Shown here: positions 37,194 to 47,509 of the stretch, piece after piece | Position numbering within the stretch: the stretch's first letter is position 1 | Layout of the letters: each line of letters begins with the position of its first letter | Assembly (NCBI GenBank): GCA_964357395.1 | Contig: CAYHLC010000001.1 | Location: 55,599-119,598, forward strand | Origin: an uncultured Candidatus Saccharibacteria bacterium | GTDB taxonomy: Bacteria > Patescibacteriota > Minisyncoccia > Phycocordibacterales > Phycocordibacteraceae | DNA: 64,000 bases | Reading direction: 5' to 3' | Notes under the pieces: model-generated | Database searches by the model: none | What the model was told of the DNA's origin: nothing | Seen by the model: the letters and a program-made list of their open reading frames with translations, nothing else | Made by a program: the position numbers and the translations under genes

Positions 37194-37778
37194 ATGGCAG
37201 TCTCTTCAGACGTTGTTAAAGAGCTTCGTGAGCGAACCGGCATTTCTGTTATGCAGTGCAAGGCCGCGCTTGAGGAGGCCGGTGGTGACATGGATAAGGC
37301 ACTCATGCTCCTTCGAAAGAAGGGCTCAGCTATTGCAGACAAGAAGGGTGACCGATCACTCGGCGCCGGAGCTCTTGCCGCATATGTACATGCGAACAAG
37401 AAGATTGCCGCAGTAGTCGAGCTCCAGTCGGAGACCGACTTTGTAGCAAAGAACGAGGACTTCATAAAGCTGGCATACGAGTTAGCCTTGCAGGTCGCCG
37501 CCTCAAGCCCGCTGTACCTCACCCGAGCAGATGTGCCAGCAGAGGAGATGGATAAGATCAAGGCTATGTACGTAGCGGACGTTGAGGGCAAGCCAGAAAA
37601 CCTGAAAGAGACCATTCTTGCAGGCAAGATCGATTCGTACATGAAGGGGATAGTCTTCTACGAGCAACTTTATATTAAGGACGACTCGCTCACGATTAAA
37701 CAGCTCATCGATAACGCGGTACAGAAGTTCGGCGAGCGTATCGAGGTCGGCTCCTTTAGACGCTTCGTAACCAAGTAG
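37194..37778 (+). CDS. tsf: Elongation factor Ts (short form)
   Basis: 194 aa. N-terminal UBA-like VKELRERTGISVMQCKAALEEAGGDMDKA. Confidence 0.9.
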   Translation: MAVSSDVVKELRERTGISVMQCKAALEEAGGDMDKALMLLRKKGSAIADKKGDRSLGAGALAAYVHANKKIAAVVELQSETDFVAKNEDFIKLAYELALQVAASSPLYLTRADVPAEEMDKIKAMYVADVEGKPENLKETILAGKIDSYMKGIVFYEQLYIKDDSLTIKQLIDNAVQKFGERIEVGSFRRFVTK

Positions 37779-37779
37779 T

Positions 37780-38139
37780 ATGCTGACGGCGACATTCATT
37801 CTTATTACCGCGGCGGTACTCCTTGGAGCTTTTGTTACATTCCGCATCGTCGAGCATAAGCGCGGCGTTCGCCTCTTTGAGGTATCGCGAGCCGCGCTCG
37901 ATGTGCATGCGCTCATACTATGGAATGATCTTGTAACTGGTGGCGTGCCGCTCAAGTGGCGCCATTCGGCTAAGGTAATCGCGCACCAGGCAACACACGG
38001 TGGGTTGCAGAGCCTGGTCATACTGCTCCGCGCTGCAGAGCGTCCGCTCGCACGACTGTCATACAAGCTTCGTGTGTCAGCCCCAAAAGCCGGTGGCAGG
38101 GAGGTATCTCAGTATCTCAAGACCATCACCCCCGAGTAG
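37780..38139 (+). CDS. Hypothetical membrane-anchored protein
   Basis: 119 aa. N-terminal TM helix. No family motif. Confidence 0.3.
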   Translation: MLTATFILITAAVLLGAFVTFRIVEHKRGVRLFEVSRAALDVHALILWNDLVTGGVPLKWRHSAKVIAHQATHGGLQSLVILLRAAERPLARLSYKLRVSAPKAGGREVSQYLKTITPE

Positions 38140-38143
38140 TAGT

Positions 38144-38219
38144 GCCGCCTTAGCTCAGTTGGTAGAGCAACACTTTTGTAAAGTGAAGGTCCTCGGTTCG
38201 AATCCGAGAGGCGGCTCCA
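38144..38219 (+). tRNA. tRNA-Thr (anticodon UGU), CCA encoded
   Basis: Cloverleaf: acceptor GCCGCCT/AGGCGGC, D-arm GCTC-AGTTGGTA-GAGC, anticodon arm ACACT-TTTGTAA-AGTGA (U33, UGU, A37), T-arm CTCGG-TTCGAAT-CCGAG, discriminator U, then CCA. Confidence 0.8.
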
Positions 38220-38221
38220 AA

Positions 38222-39784
38222 ATGAAACACATTCCGAGCCACCCCTATCTCCACGTTAGTCGCGCGTCCGATCTGGCGGGATGGGACCGCACGCTCTACC
38301 GGTTTTTGGAATGCTTGCCAGCGGTGCTCTCGATCGGGACGCTTACTGGCCTCTCTGCACTCGCGTTCTTCGCGCCCACTGCCGCAGCCTACTTCACCAT
38401 ACTCTTTTCGGGATACTGGCTCTTCAAGACCATCTTCCTCTCCGCACACCTGCACCATAACTTTAAGCGATTGCGACATAACATGCAGGTCAACTGGCAG
38501 GAGCGACTACAGAACTTTAAGTATGACGACGTTGTGCATGTAGTGATCTTTCCGTTTTATAAAGAGCCGTACGAAGTCTTGCGCGCCTCCGTGCGCGCTG
38601 TCGTAGAGTCGAAGTATGATGGGAAGAAGATCGCGGTCGTCCTCGCGGCCGAGGCGCGCGCAGGACTCGATGCAAGAAGCATGGCCGAGCGCATACAGTC
38701 CGAGTTTAGGGGGGTCCTCCTCGATTGCATTGTTACAGTCCACCCATCGGACACGCCAGGCGATATGGCTGGAAAGGGATCGAACATCGCCTACGCAGCA
38801 GAAGAGGCGAGGGAGCGCATATTGGATGCGCGGAACCTCCCGTACGCACGCACGCTCGTGTCAGCATTCGACGTAGACACCATCGTGTATCCGCACTACT
38901 TCAGCTGCCTCACGTGGCACTTCCAGACCGCGGAGCGGCCGAGCCGAGTATCGTTCCAGCCAGTCCCGCTCTACAACAACAACATCTGGGAGGCGCCCGT
39001 ACTCTCTCGCGTCCTTGCGTACTCCTCGACCTATTGGCAGATGATCCAACAGGAACGCCCAGAACGTCTCTCAACTTTCTCCTCACACGCAGTGCCCATG
39101 GATGCCCTCGTCGAGGCGGGGTACTGGCAGCGCAACATGGTGTCGGAGGATTCGCGCATCTTCTGGAATCTGTTTGTTCGCTTTGATGGCGACTATTCAG
39201 TAATACCCCTGTCGTATCCAGTTTCGATGGATGCCAACGTCGCCGGCACGACCTGGGGCACGGTTAAGAATTTGTACAAACAGCACCGCCGCTGGTCCTA
39301 CGGCGCGGAAAATATTCCGTACATGATTTTTAACTTTATAAAAAATCCGCGCATTCCGCTCCGCAAAAAACTCTTCAACATCAGCACGCAACTCGAGGGG
39401 TTCTGGTCCTTGGTCACACATCCCATCATTTTGTTTGCGGTTGGATGGTTCCCGCTCATCGTGGGTGGGCACGCATTCAATGACACCGTGCTCTCTTACA
39501 ACCTCCCGATCGTCGCACAGTGGTTTCTTACTCTTGCGATGTTCGGACTCGTCACCTGCTCAGCGTACTTTATGTTTCTGATACCCCAGCGCCCAGGTGT
39601 CTACACATGGCGGCAGAGTATCCTTATGGCCTTGCAGTGGGCCTTGGTACCACTTACTATGGTCGCGTTCAGCTCTCTCCCTGGTCTTGAGGCTCAGGTC
39701 CGTCTCGCGACTGGCCGCTATCTCGGCTTTTGGGTTACTCCTAAGGAGAGAGTTCTGAAGTCCCGCAAGACACAATCAGCATGA
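38222..39784 (+). CDS. Integral membrane glycosyltransferase (GT2-like)
   Basis: 520 aa from MKHIPSHPY, starting 2 nt after the tRNA. N-terminal TMs, then a GT-A-like core (VVIFPFYKEPYEVLRASVRAV...KIAVVLAAE ... FDVDTIV, a DxD-like motif) and C-terminal TMs. The annotated ORF 38000.. overlaps the tRNA and is trimmed. Confidence 0.6.
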   Translation: MKHIPSHPYLHVSRASDLAGWDRTLYRFLECLPAVLSIGTLTGLSALAFFAPTAAAYFTILFSGYWLFKTIFLSAHLHHNFKRLRHNMQVNWQERLQNFKYDDVVHVVIFPFYKEPYEVLRASVRAVVESKYDGKKIAVVLAAEARAGLDARSMAERIQSEFRGVLLDCIVTVHPSDTPGDMAGKGSNIAYAAEEARERILDARNLPYARTLVSAFDVDTIVYPHYFSCLTWHFQTAERPSRVSFQPVPLYNNNIWEAPVLSRVLAYSSTYWQMIQQERPERLSTFSSHAVPMDALVEAGYWQRNMVSEDSRIFWNLFVRFDGDYSVIPLSYPVSMDANVAGTTWGTVKNLYKQHRRWSYGAENIPYMIFNFIKNPRIPLRKKLFNISTQLEGFWSLVTHPIILFAVGWFPLIVGGHAFNDTVLSYNLPIVAQWFLTLAMFGLVTCSAYFMFLIPQRPGVYTWRQSILMALQWALVPLTMVAFSSLPGLEAQVRLATGRYLGFWVTPKERVLKSRKTQSA

Positions 39785-40545
39785 ACCCACTTTCAAGCAG
39801 AACACGCAATATCTATTTCCTACTCCTCACGTTCGCATTCGTGCTCGTTGTCCCTGTTGCCGTGCTCTATGCTACGGGGTATCGCCTCCGCGACTTCTCA
39901 CTCCAGGAGACCGGGGGCGTGTACGTCACCGTGCCCATTTCTGATGTGGTTGTGACCATTAATGGTGAGGAGGTGGGGAAGAGTGGCCTCTTTGATAGGA
40001 CACTCTACATCCCAGACCTCTCGCCGGACAAATACGTGGTACAGGCGACTCGGGAAGGATATTATCCATGGACCAAGACCATTACGGTGGAGCCATGGAT
40101 TGTGACAGACGCGCTGGCACTCATGGTACCAACAACCATCCAGCTAACTGAGGAGCCAGTCGCAACGTCGACTCTAGCTGCCTTTGCGACTACAACTGTG
40201 CAGGAATCGGTGGGAGGTATGGAGCTGCTACTCGAGGATGGAGATGTATCGGTGCGATGGATACGAAATCCAGATAACGCGCCAAGCGCGTTCTGCTTCC
40301 GCCCATCGGCATGTGCGAGCGAGATCACCATTCTGCGCGGGAAGGAGGATGCCCTCGGCGCAGTTTTCTTTTCCGGTGGGGTAGTGTATCGAACTCAAAC
40401 TGGTATCTATTTCAGTGATATCGAAACACGATCGCCGCAGTTGATACTCCCACTCTACACGCGGCCAAAAGCCGACTTTCGCATCATCGACGACGCCCTC
40501 GTCATCAAGGATGGCGCGAGCTACTACCGCATAGACTCGTTTTAG
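39781..40545 (+). CDS. Membrane-anchored PEGA-domain-like protein
   Basis: 254 aa. N-terminal TM. VVVTINGEEVGKSG...YVVQATREGYYPWTKTITVEP resembles PEGA-domain architecture. ATGA-coupled to the glycosyltransferase. Confidence 0.45.
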   Translation: MNPLSSRTRNIYFLLLTFAFVLVVPVAVLYATGYRLRDFSLQETGGVYVTVPISDVVVTINGEEVGKSGLFDRTLYIPDLSPDKYVVQATREGYYPWTKTITVEPWIVTDALALMVPTTIQLTEEPVATSTLAAFATTTVQESVGGMELLLEDGDVSVRWIRNPDNAPSAFCFRPSACASEITILRGKEDALGAVFFSGGVVYRTQTGIYFSDIETRSPQLILPLYTRPKADFRIIDDALVIKDGASYYRIDSF

Positions 40546-40566
40546 CGCTAGCGCTATACTGCTGTA

Positions 40567-41301
40567 ATGGCAGATCAACGGGGCAAGCTGCACCCAATAA
40601 GCATTGCGATCCGCGATATTGCGGATATTTTTGGCAAGATGGGATTCGGCATAGCCTACGGTCCTGAACTCGAAACCGACTTTTACAACTTTACGGGCCT
40701 CAATATTCCGCAGGACCACCCCGCTCGCGACATGCAGGACACCTTTTGGATTAAGGACAGGCCGGGCGAGGTGCTCCGCACCCACACTACTTCCGTCTCT
40801 ATACGCGAGCTAGAGAAGATGGCCAAGGAGGGCCGCACAAAAGAGCGGATGATTATCCCGAACAAGGTGTTTCGCAACGAGGCGACGGATATCACGCACG
40901 AAGCGCAGTTCTACCAGCTGGACGGATTTGCTGTCGCACAGGTTGGCGAGATTACGATGGCGCACCTCAAAGGGACATTGAGCCACTTTTATCGCGAGTA
41001 TCTCGGTCCGTCCGTTGAAGTACGCTTCCGACCGAGCTTCTTCGGGTTTACCGAGCCGTCGGTCGAAGTGGACGCGTGGTTTCAGGCACCTGGCAAGGAG
41101 GGGAGATGGCTCGAGATGTGTGGCGCAGGCATGCTGCACCCGAATGTGCTACGCGCCGCAGGACTCGATCCAGAAAAGGTGGCAGGCTTCGCCTTCGGTG
41201 GCGGACTGGAACGAGTAGTCATGGTTAAGTACGGGATCCCTGACGTCCGCTACTTCCACGGAGGCGACGCTCGGTTTGTGTATGGCTTCGATACTATATG
41301 A
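40567..41301 (+). CDS. pheS: Phenylalanyl-tRNA synthetase alpha subunit (catalytic core only)
   Basis: 244 aa. Class II motifs (FRNE..., GFAFGGGLERVVM). Confidence 0.9.
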   Translation: MADQRGKLHPISIAIRDIADIFGKMGFGIAYGPELETDFYNFTGLNIPQDHPARDMQDTFWIKDRPGEVLRTHTTSVSIRELEKMAKEGRTKERMIIPNKVFRNEATDITHEAQFYQLDGFAVAQVGEITMAHLKGTLSHFYREYLGPSVEVRFRPSFFGFTEPSVEVDAWFQAPGKEGRWLEMCGAGMLHPNVLRAAGLDPEKVAGFAFGGGLERVVMVKYGIPDVRYFHGGDARFVYGFDTI

Positions 41302-43112
41302 AAGTCTCTCGCACATGGCTACAAAAGTATTTCGAAGCGCCCTTGCCAGGCGTAGCAGAACTCTCGCAGCTAATCACTGCGCACGCCTTTGAGATCGACG
41401 AGATAGTTGGGGAGATGCTGGACGTGAAGGTGCTACCCGACCGAGCAGGTGACTGTCTCTCGCATCGTGGTATCGCAACGGAGCTCTCGGCGATCCTGAA
41501 GATGCCACTAAAGAGCGACCCGCTCCGTGAGGCGCTGCCCGCATGGACTAGGACTGACACGTTTACTATTGAGGCTGATTCGACGTTTGTTCTCCGGCAT
41601 ACTGGCGCTCTTGTAACTGGAATCAAGGTGGGCCCATCGCCCGCGTGGCTGAAGGAGGCATTGGAGAGCGTGGGACAGCGCTCGATCAACAATATAGTGG
41701 ATGCCACAAATTATGTGATGCTCAACTTGGGCCAACCATCGCATGCGTTTGATGCAACGAAGAGCTCCACGAAGATTGTTATCCGCAAGGCCAAGGCCGG
41801 AGAGAAGGTCGTGAGTCTCTCAGGAGATGCGTACGAACTAACCGACAAGATGCACGTATTTGCAAACGCTGAGACCGGCGAGGCACTCGACATTGCGGGC
41901 ATTAAGGGCGGTCAGAGTTCTGGAGTGAGCGAGACAACAACAAGTATCTTTGTTTCGGCTGGAAACTACGATGGCACTACTATTCGGAAGACAGCGCAGG
42001 CACTGAAGCTCTTTACCGACGCATCGCTCCGTTTCCAAAACCGGCCATCGCCGGAGTTGACTGCCTACGGTATGCGAGATTTGCTGGCACTCATCACGGA
42101 CGTTGCAGGAGGGACAGTAGAGGGAGTTATTGATATCTACAACACACACGCAGATCTCGCTCCGGTAAGTATTACGAAGCAGAGTATTGATACCAAGCTC
42201 GGGCGTGTCTATACCGACGAGGAAATCCGAGGTGCATTTGCAAGACTGAGACTGCCCTGCAAAGTGGAGGGCGAGGTGTATACAGTTACGCCCCCATTCG
42301 AGCGTGTGGACCTCACCATTAGCGAGAATCTCATAGAGGAAGTGGGTCGCATCGTTGGGTACGATAAGATCGAGCCGGTAGTACCCACTGCAGAAGGAGG
42401 CTTTGACCAGAGGAAGTATAGAGGCATTGAACGTCTGAAGGACATACTTGTCACACATGGATACATAGAGGCATCGACCCAATCGTTTGCTAAAAAGGGT
42501 GACGTGGGGCTTGCAAATCCTACCGATGTGGACAATCCGTATCTACGCCCTTCACTAGCACCAAATATGCAAAAGGCCCTGGAGCATGGGAAGTACATTA
42601 TGCCGCTTATCCTGCCCCCGAAAGGGAAGCTGAAGTTGTTTGAGGCAGGCACCGTATTTAACAAAGACGGTGAGCATCTATCGCTCGCGATCTCTCTGCC
42701 ACTCGCAGAACTCGACGTGGTACTAGGCAAGCCGACGATGGTAGGGAGTATTGCCGAGTATGACTTATCTAAAGTTGACCTCGAGGCTTATGGGGATGGC
42801 TACGAGCCGAAGCGCTACACACTTAGCGCATTTAAACCGTTCTCCCAGTACCCATTTGTCCTCCGCGACATAGCAGTGTGGGTCCCTACCGCCACAACCG
42901 ACTCCGAGCTTGCAGAGCTTATCAAGCAAAATGCTGGAGCGCTCCTTACTAAGATCGACCTCTTCGACTCCTTCGCCAAAGATGACCGAACCTCATACGC
43001 ATTCCGCCTGGTGTTCCAATCTATGGACCGCACACTGACCGATGTCGAGGTGGGTGTAGAGATGCAAAAGGTTACCGATGCTATAGCAGCTAAGGGCTGG
43101 ACCGTGCGCTAA
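41298..43112 (+). CDS. pheT: Phenylalanyl-tRNA synthetase beta subunit (shortened)
   Basis: 604 aa. B3/B4, B5 and C-terminal FDX-ACB-like regions. ATGA-coupled to pheS and folB. Confidence 0.9.
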   Translation: MKVSRTWLQKYFEAPLPGVAELSQLITAHAFEIDEIVGEMLDVKVLPDRAGDCLSHRGIATELSAILKMPLKSDPLREALPAWTRTDTFTIEADSTFVLRHTGALVTGIKVGPSPAWLKEALESVGQRSINNIVDATNYVMLNLGQPSHAFDATKSSTKIVIRKAKAGEKVVSLSGDAYELTDKMHVFANAETGEALDIAGIKGGQSSGVSETTTSIFVSAGNYDGTTIRKTAQALKLFTDASLRFQNRPSPELTAYGMRDLLALITDVAGGTVEGVIDIYNTHADLAPVSITKQSIDTKLGRVYTDEEIRGAFARLRLPCKVEGEVYTVTPPFERVDLTISENLIEEVGRIVGYDKIEPVVPTAEGGFDQRKYRGIERLKDILVTHGYIEASTQSFAKKGDVGLANPTDVDNPYLRPSLAPNMQKALEHGKYIMPLILPPKGKLKLFEAGTVFNKDGEHLSLAISLPLAELDVVLGKPTMVGSIAEYDLSKVDLEAYGDGYEPKRYTLSAFKPFSQYPFVLRDIAVWVPTATTDSELAELIKQNAGALLTKIDLFDSFAKDDRTSYAFRLVFQSMDRTLTDVEVGVEMQKVTDAIAAKGWTVR

Positions 43113-43459
43113 TGGATTACGTACATATACAGGGGCTCCGGATAGTAGGGAAGCACGGGCACTATGTCCATGAGCGGCGCGGAGCGCAGGAGTTCGAGGT
43201 CTCGGTGCGCGTCGCACTTGATACAACAAAAGCGGGGAAGTCAGACAAGCTCCATCACTCACTGAGCTACTCCAAGATTAAGGAGGTAGTAGAAAAAGCA
43301 TTCGCAGCAGCGCCACGATACTTACTAGAGAGGTTGGCCGAGGAGATCGCGCGCGCACTCCTCAAGGATGCACGGGTTAAAGAGGTAGTGGTTACAATCA
43401 AGAAGCTGAAGATCTGGAAGAATGGTATTCCGGGTGTCACTATTACCCGTAAGCGCTGA
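43112..43459 (+). CDS. folB: Dihydroneopterin aldolase-family protein
   Basis: 115 aa. MDYVHIQGLRIVGKHG...YVHERRGAQEFEVSVRV is the typical FolB N-terminus. Confidence 0.7.
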   Translation: MDYVHIQGLRIVGKHGHYVHERRGAQEFEVSVRVALDTTKAGKSDKLHHSLSYSKIKEVVEKAFAAAPRYLLERLAEEIARALLKDARVKEVVVTIKKLKIWKNGIPGVTITRKR

Positions 43460-43585
43460 ACATGATCTCGTTTCTTATCAAGCGCTTCGTACTTAAGCCC
43501 CTCGGCCTCTACAAGGAGCCAGTAGATGACGAAGAGGACAAGAGCTGGCTGCAGCAAATCGGCTTTTATAACAAAAACAACAAAC

Positions 43586-43843
43586 CTAAGTAACTTTCGA
43601 AAAGCGGGGCTTGCCATCGACGATGGCGAGCCACTCTGAGACTGGCCGCACGAACGAGAGGCGCGGTCCATACTGCGCCTGGTACAGAACGCCGATAGAG
43701 TCGTCTGCCTCGATAACGACCACGCCTCTGACTATGTACGTTTTTGTAGAGTCCTTGTAGTGGACGTAGGTAGTACCAACTTCGATGTGATCTTTATACG
43801 CGCTTATCTCCTCTGCGAGTTCGTTTAGCGGCTTGTGACTCAT
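43586..43843 (-). CDS. Small conserved hypothetical protein (DUF1653-like)
   Basis: 85 aa. HYKDSTKTYIVRGVVVIEADDSIGVLY pattern. Confidence 0.4.
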   Translation of the reverse strand: MSHKPLNELAEEISAYKDHIEVGTTYVHYKDSTKTYIVRGVVVIEADDSIGVLYQAQYGPRLSFVRPVSEWLAIVDGKPRFSKVT

Positions 43844-43860
43844 AGTGCTAGTATAGCCCT

Positions 43861-44727
43861 ATGAAGGGTAAGCGACGAGGAAGATTCGATAACAGGGCTC
43901 CAAACGGAGGCAAGCCGCTGCCGATGGTACGCGGCAAGGGCGGTGCATACGCTCCAGGAGAGAAGGAGGAGCGACGCACAGCCAAAACAGGCTGGGACGA
44001 GATGGCCCCTTGGTACGCAGGCTGGGCAGGACAGGGTTCCAACTTCCACAAGCACTTTGCACTACCAGAGATAGCGAAAGCGTTAGCACTGAAGCGCGAC
44101 ATGCGCGTAGTCGACCTCGGCTGTGGTATGGGTGCCCTCCGCGAGACGGTGGAGAAGGCGGGCGGCGAGTATGTAGGCGTCGATAAGTCGCCGAACATGA
44201 TCAAGCGTGCAAAAGAGCTTCATGGCGAGCGAAGTCGAGCCAAGTTCTTCGTCTCGGACGTGGCGCGCCCAGGCGGAATCGCGTTTCCTGGGGCAGCGAA
44301 TTTTGACCGTGCAGTATTCATGTTTTCCATCCAGGACATCGACAACCACAAAGCAGCTATTGCGAACGCCGCTAAGCTTTTGAAGAAAGGGGGTCTGCCT
44401 GCGCAGGCAGGCGAGCTTCTGATATTTATGGTGCACCCAGCGTTCCGCATTCCTCGACAGTCGGGGTGGGGTACAGACGCGGCGCGGAAGCTGACCTACC
44501 GCAGGATGGACCGCTACAAGTCCGAGACGACCATCCCGCTCCCACAGCGCACCGGCGAGCATCAAGTCACGTCCTTCTTCTACCATCGCCCACTGCAGTC
44601 ATACGCGGACGCGCTCACTGACGTCGGCTTCAGTATCGTCGGCATTAAGGAGATCTACTCTGGCTCCAAAGGCGCCGAAGTCGAGTTCCCACACTTCCTC
44701 CTCCTCCACGCTAAACTATTGCCATGA
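43861..44727 (+). CDS. Class I SAM-dependent methyltransferase with a basic N-terminal tail
   Basis: 288 aa. SAM motif I VVDLGCGMG. Acidic motif II. First ~45 aa are Lys/Arg/Gly-rich. Confidence 0.7.
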   Translation: MKGKRRGRFDNRAPNGGKPLPMVRGKGGAYAPGEKEERRTAKTGWDEMAPWYAGWAGQGSNFHKHFALPEIAKALALKRDMRVVDLGCGMGALRETVEKAGGEYVGVDKSPNMIKRAKELHGERSRAKFFVSDVARPGGIAFPGAANFDRAVFMFSIQDIDNHKAAIANAAKLLKKGGLPAQAGELLIFMVHPAFRIPRQSGWGTDAARKLTYRRMDRYKSETTIPLPQRTGEHQVTSFFYHRPLQSYADALTDVGFSIVGIKEIYSGSKGAEVEFPHFLLLHAKLLP

Positions 44728-45242
44728 AGGAGTTAGAGCGGACATTCTTGGCGAGGGCGTTACCCGATTTAGACGGTGCTACGAGCAGGGAGATGCTTGA
44801 CATATACTTGCCCACCTCCTCAGATCATCCGATACTTCGTATCCGCAAGCAGGGCGATAGACACGAGATGACGAAGAAGGCGCCGATAGACGACGCAGAC
44901 CGGTCAGTGCAGCTGGAGCAGACTATACCGCTCTCGGTTAATGAGTATGCAGAACTGAGCACGCTCCCGGGCAAGCGCGTCGCAAAGACGAGGTACTACT
45001 ACACGGAGGGGGTACACACCTATGAGATTGATGTGTTCAGAGAGGCACTGAGCGGATTAGTATTAATCGATATCGAGTTCGACACGGTGGCAGACAAGGA
45101 TGCATTTGTTGCTCCCGCGCTCTGCCTCGCCGAGGTGACCCAAGAGCAGTTCCTCGCGGGCGGCATGCTCTGTGGCAAGAGCTATGCAGACATCGAGGCG
45201 CGGTTGGCCCCCTTCGGATACCAAAAGATCGTAACCCACTAG
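44724..45242 (+). CDS. CYTH-domain protein (triphosphate tunnel metalloenzyme family)
   Basis: 172 aa. ExExK-like start (MKELERTFLA), ILRIRKQG, LIDIEF motifs. Confidence 0.6.
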   Translation: MKELERTFLARALPDLDGATSREMLDIYLPTSSDHPILRIRKQGDRHEMTKKAPIDDADRSVQLEQTIPLSVNEYAELSTLPGKRVAKTRYYYTEGVHTYEIDVFREALSGLVLIDIEFDTVADKDAFVAPALCLAEVTQEQFLAGGMLCGKSYADIEARLAPFGYQKIVTH

Positions 45243-45300
45243 GGTGGTGGAATCGAACACTTTGTGATATAGTCCAGGAGGCCCCGGGCCCTTTTTTGTT

Positions 45301-47088
45301 ATGGAAATCAGAAATATAGCCATTATTGCTCACGTGGACCACGGCAAGACCACCCTTACCGACGCAATATTGCGCCAGACCGGTGCCGCCAAAGAGGGGG
45401 TCACGATGGACACCAACAAGCTCGAGCAGGAGCGTGGTATCACCATTTATGCCAAGAACGCCTCGGTGACTTACAAAGGCACCAAGATCAACATCGTAGA
45501 CACTCCTGGCCACGCAGACTTCGGCTCTGAGGTAGAGCGCGTGCTGCGATCCATCGACTCCGTTTTGCTTATCGTAGACGCACAGGAGGGCCCCATGCCA
45601 CAGACCCGCTTCGTACTTAAGAAGTCCTTGGAGCTCGGCTTGAAGCCCATTTTGGTAATCAACAAGATCGACAAGCCAGCTGCGGACGCGCACCGCACCG
45701 AGGAGCAGGTCTTAGAGCTCTTCTTGGAACTCGGCGCTAACGATGATCAGTCCAACTTCCCAGTCGTATACGCTATTGGTCGCGAGGGCGTTGCGATGCG
45801 GAAGCTGGACGATGCTCGTGTGGATCTCACGCCACTCCTCGATGTTGTGTTGGAGCACGTTAAGCCCGAGCATCCATCCCCCGAGGGCACGTCACTCAAG
45901 TTCCAGCCATTCAACCTCGGCTACGACAACTTCCTCGGCCGCCTCGCAGTAGGCCGCGTATACGAGGGCGTTATAGGCCCAAACATGCCCGTGTTTATTA
46001 AGAAAGCTGACGGCGCCACACGCACAGGCCGCACGGTAAAGATCTTTACCTTTAATGGCCTCGAGCGAGTGGAGGCAGAAAAGGCAGAGGCAGGAGACAT
46101 CGTGCAGGTAGCAGGGCTCCCTGACATATACATTGGCGAGACGATAACAACGGATGAGAAGATGGAGCCACTGCCAGCCATCCATGTGGACGAGCCGACG
46201 ATCGCGCTTAACTTCCTCGTCAACAACTCGCCATTTGCAGGCCGCGAGGGCAAGTACGTTACCAACCGTCAGATCCGCGAGCGACTGGAAAAGGAGCTGG
46301 AGATCAACGTAGGACTTCGTGTTGATTTCGGCGGCAATGATTCGTTCCGAGTGTACGGACGTGGCGAGCTGCATGTGTCCATCCTCCTCGAGAACATGCG
46401 TCGCGAAGGATACGAGATGCAGGTCTCGCAGCCACAAGTAATCATCAAGGAGGAGAATGGGGTTAAGGTAGAGCCGTATGAGGAAGTCGTCGTTGACACA
46501 CCATCCGAGTTCCAGGGAGCTATTATCGAGCGACTCGGCGTCCGCGCCTTCCAGATGAAGGACTTGAAGGTGCACGGTGACACAGTCCGTATGATCTTTG
46601 AGGGCCCAACACGCGGACTCTTGGGCTACCGTAACCAGTTCGTCGTAGACACCAAGGGCGAGGGTATCCTATCGTCGCGCTTCCTAGAGTTTAGGCAGCA
46701 CGCAGGTGAGATCAAGAAGCGCCAAGTGGGCTCGATGATCAGCATGGCGAGCGGCAAGGCGCTCGGGTTCTCCCTCTTTAACCTACAGGATCGCGGCGTG
46801 CTCTATATCGGGCCAGCGGTCGAGGTGTACGAGGGACAGGTGATAGGTAACACCTCGAAGGGCGAGGAGATGATAGTTAATCCGACCAAGGGTAAGCAGC
46901 TGACCAACATGCGCGCATCTGGATCCGACGACGCCATCGCACTTATCCCGCCTTACGCCCTCACTATCGAGCGCGGACTTGAGGTTATGTCGGAGGACGA
47001 GTACCTCGAGGTCACCCCAACGTCAGTACGATTGCGCAAGCAGGCCCTATCAGAAAACGACCGCTCCAAGTCCCGCCGCAAAGAGTAG
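45301..47088 (+). CDS. typA: Translational GTPase TypA/BipA
   Basis: 595 aa. [13 protein letters not shown]1, DTPGHADF G3, NKIDKP G4. EF-G-like domains. Confidence 0.95.
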   Translation: MEIRNIAIIAHVDHGKTTLTDAILRQTGAAKEGVTMDTNKLEQERGITIYAKNASVTYKGTKINIVDTPGHADFGSEVERVLRSIDSVLLIVDAQEGPMPQTRFVLKKSLELGLKPILVINKIDKPAADAHRTEEQVLELFLELGANDDQSNFPVVYAIGREGVAMRKLDDARVDLTPLLDVVLEHVKPEHPSPEGTSLKFQPFNLGYDNFLGRLAVGRVYEGVIGPNMPVFIKKADGATRTGRTVKIFTFNGLERVEAEKAEAGDIVQVAGLPDIYIGETITTDEKMEPLPAIHVDEPTIALNFLVNNSPFAGREGKYVTNRQIRERLEKELEINVGLRVDFGGNDSFRVYGRGELHVSILLENMRREGYEMQVSQPQVIIKEENGVKVEPYEEVVVDTPSEFQGAIIERLGVRAFQMKDLKVHGDTVRMIFEGPTRGLLGYRNQFVVDTKGEGILSSRFLEFRQHAGEIKKRQVGSMISMASGKALGFSLFNLQDRGVLYIGPAVEVYEGQVIGNTSKGEEMIVNPTKGKQLTNMRASGSDDAIALIPPYALTIERGLEVMSEDEYLEVTPTSVRLRKQALSENDRSKSRRKE

Positions 47089-47156
47089 GGGGTTGACATT
47101 AACTGATTTTAGGTGTATTTTAGGGCGGTTACTGAGGTTATAAATTTATAGAAAAT

Positions 47157-47462
47157 ATGGGAATTCTTAATGTTTCTAGAGAGGCAGCGTGGAGAACAGG
47201 CTACTTCCATATGCGTCCTATGCGATACGTCCTCGCAGCTGGCCTACTTCTTGGCTTGGGGATCGTGGGAGCAGATCAATTTGATCTAGATAGCTCGCTC
47301 GGCGAAGGTGCAGACAAACTTATCACTACGGAAGCAGGGTTGTTTGTCGCGGGTGCGTTTGCTGGTACGTATGTTGCCACGAAGGTTGTAGCAGCCCTCG
47401 CGTGGGCCTTCTATGGTTACGCTCTAAGAAATCACAGAGATTACACTCTCTCTGGAGAATAA
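47157..47462 (+). CDS. Hypothetical small membrane protein
   Basis: 101 aa. Two TM helices. Followed by a strong terminator. Confidence 0.35.
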   Translation: MGILNVSREAAWRTGYFHMRPMRYVLAAGLLLGLGIVGADQFDLDSSLGEGADKLITTEAGLFVAGAFAGTYVATKVVAALAWAFYGYALRNHRDYTLSGE

Positions 47463-47489
47463 AAAAGGCGCCCTCGGCGCTTTTTTTGT
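47463..47489 (+). terminator. Rho-independent terminator
   Basis: aaaaaaggcgcc-ctc-ggcgcttttttt. Confidence 0.7.
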
Positions 47490-47509
47490 TTGGCAGTATA
47501 GTAGGGTGT

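Noticed and set aside
38000-38221. Upstream part of ORF 38000..39784
   Set aside because: Overlaps the tRNA-Thr gene. Coding-like signal starts only at the ATG at 38222.
43462-43593. 43-aa plus-strand ORF (MISFLIKRFVLKPLGLYKEP...) between folB and the DUF1653-like gene
   Set aside because: Too short and no supporting signal. Overlaps the end of the convergent gene. Kept only as a possibility.
45243-45300. AGGAGG 22 nt upstream of typA as its ribosome-binding site
   Set aside because: Spacing is too long for an SD. More likely part of the GC-rich hairpin and T-run terminating the CYTH gene.
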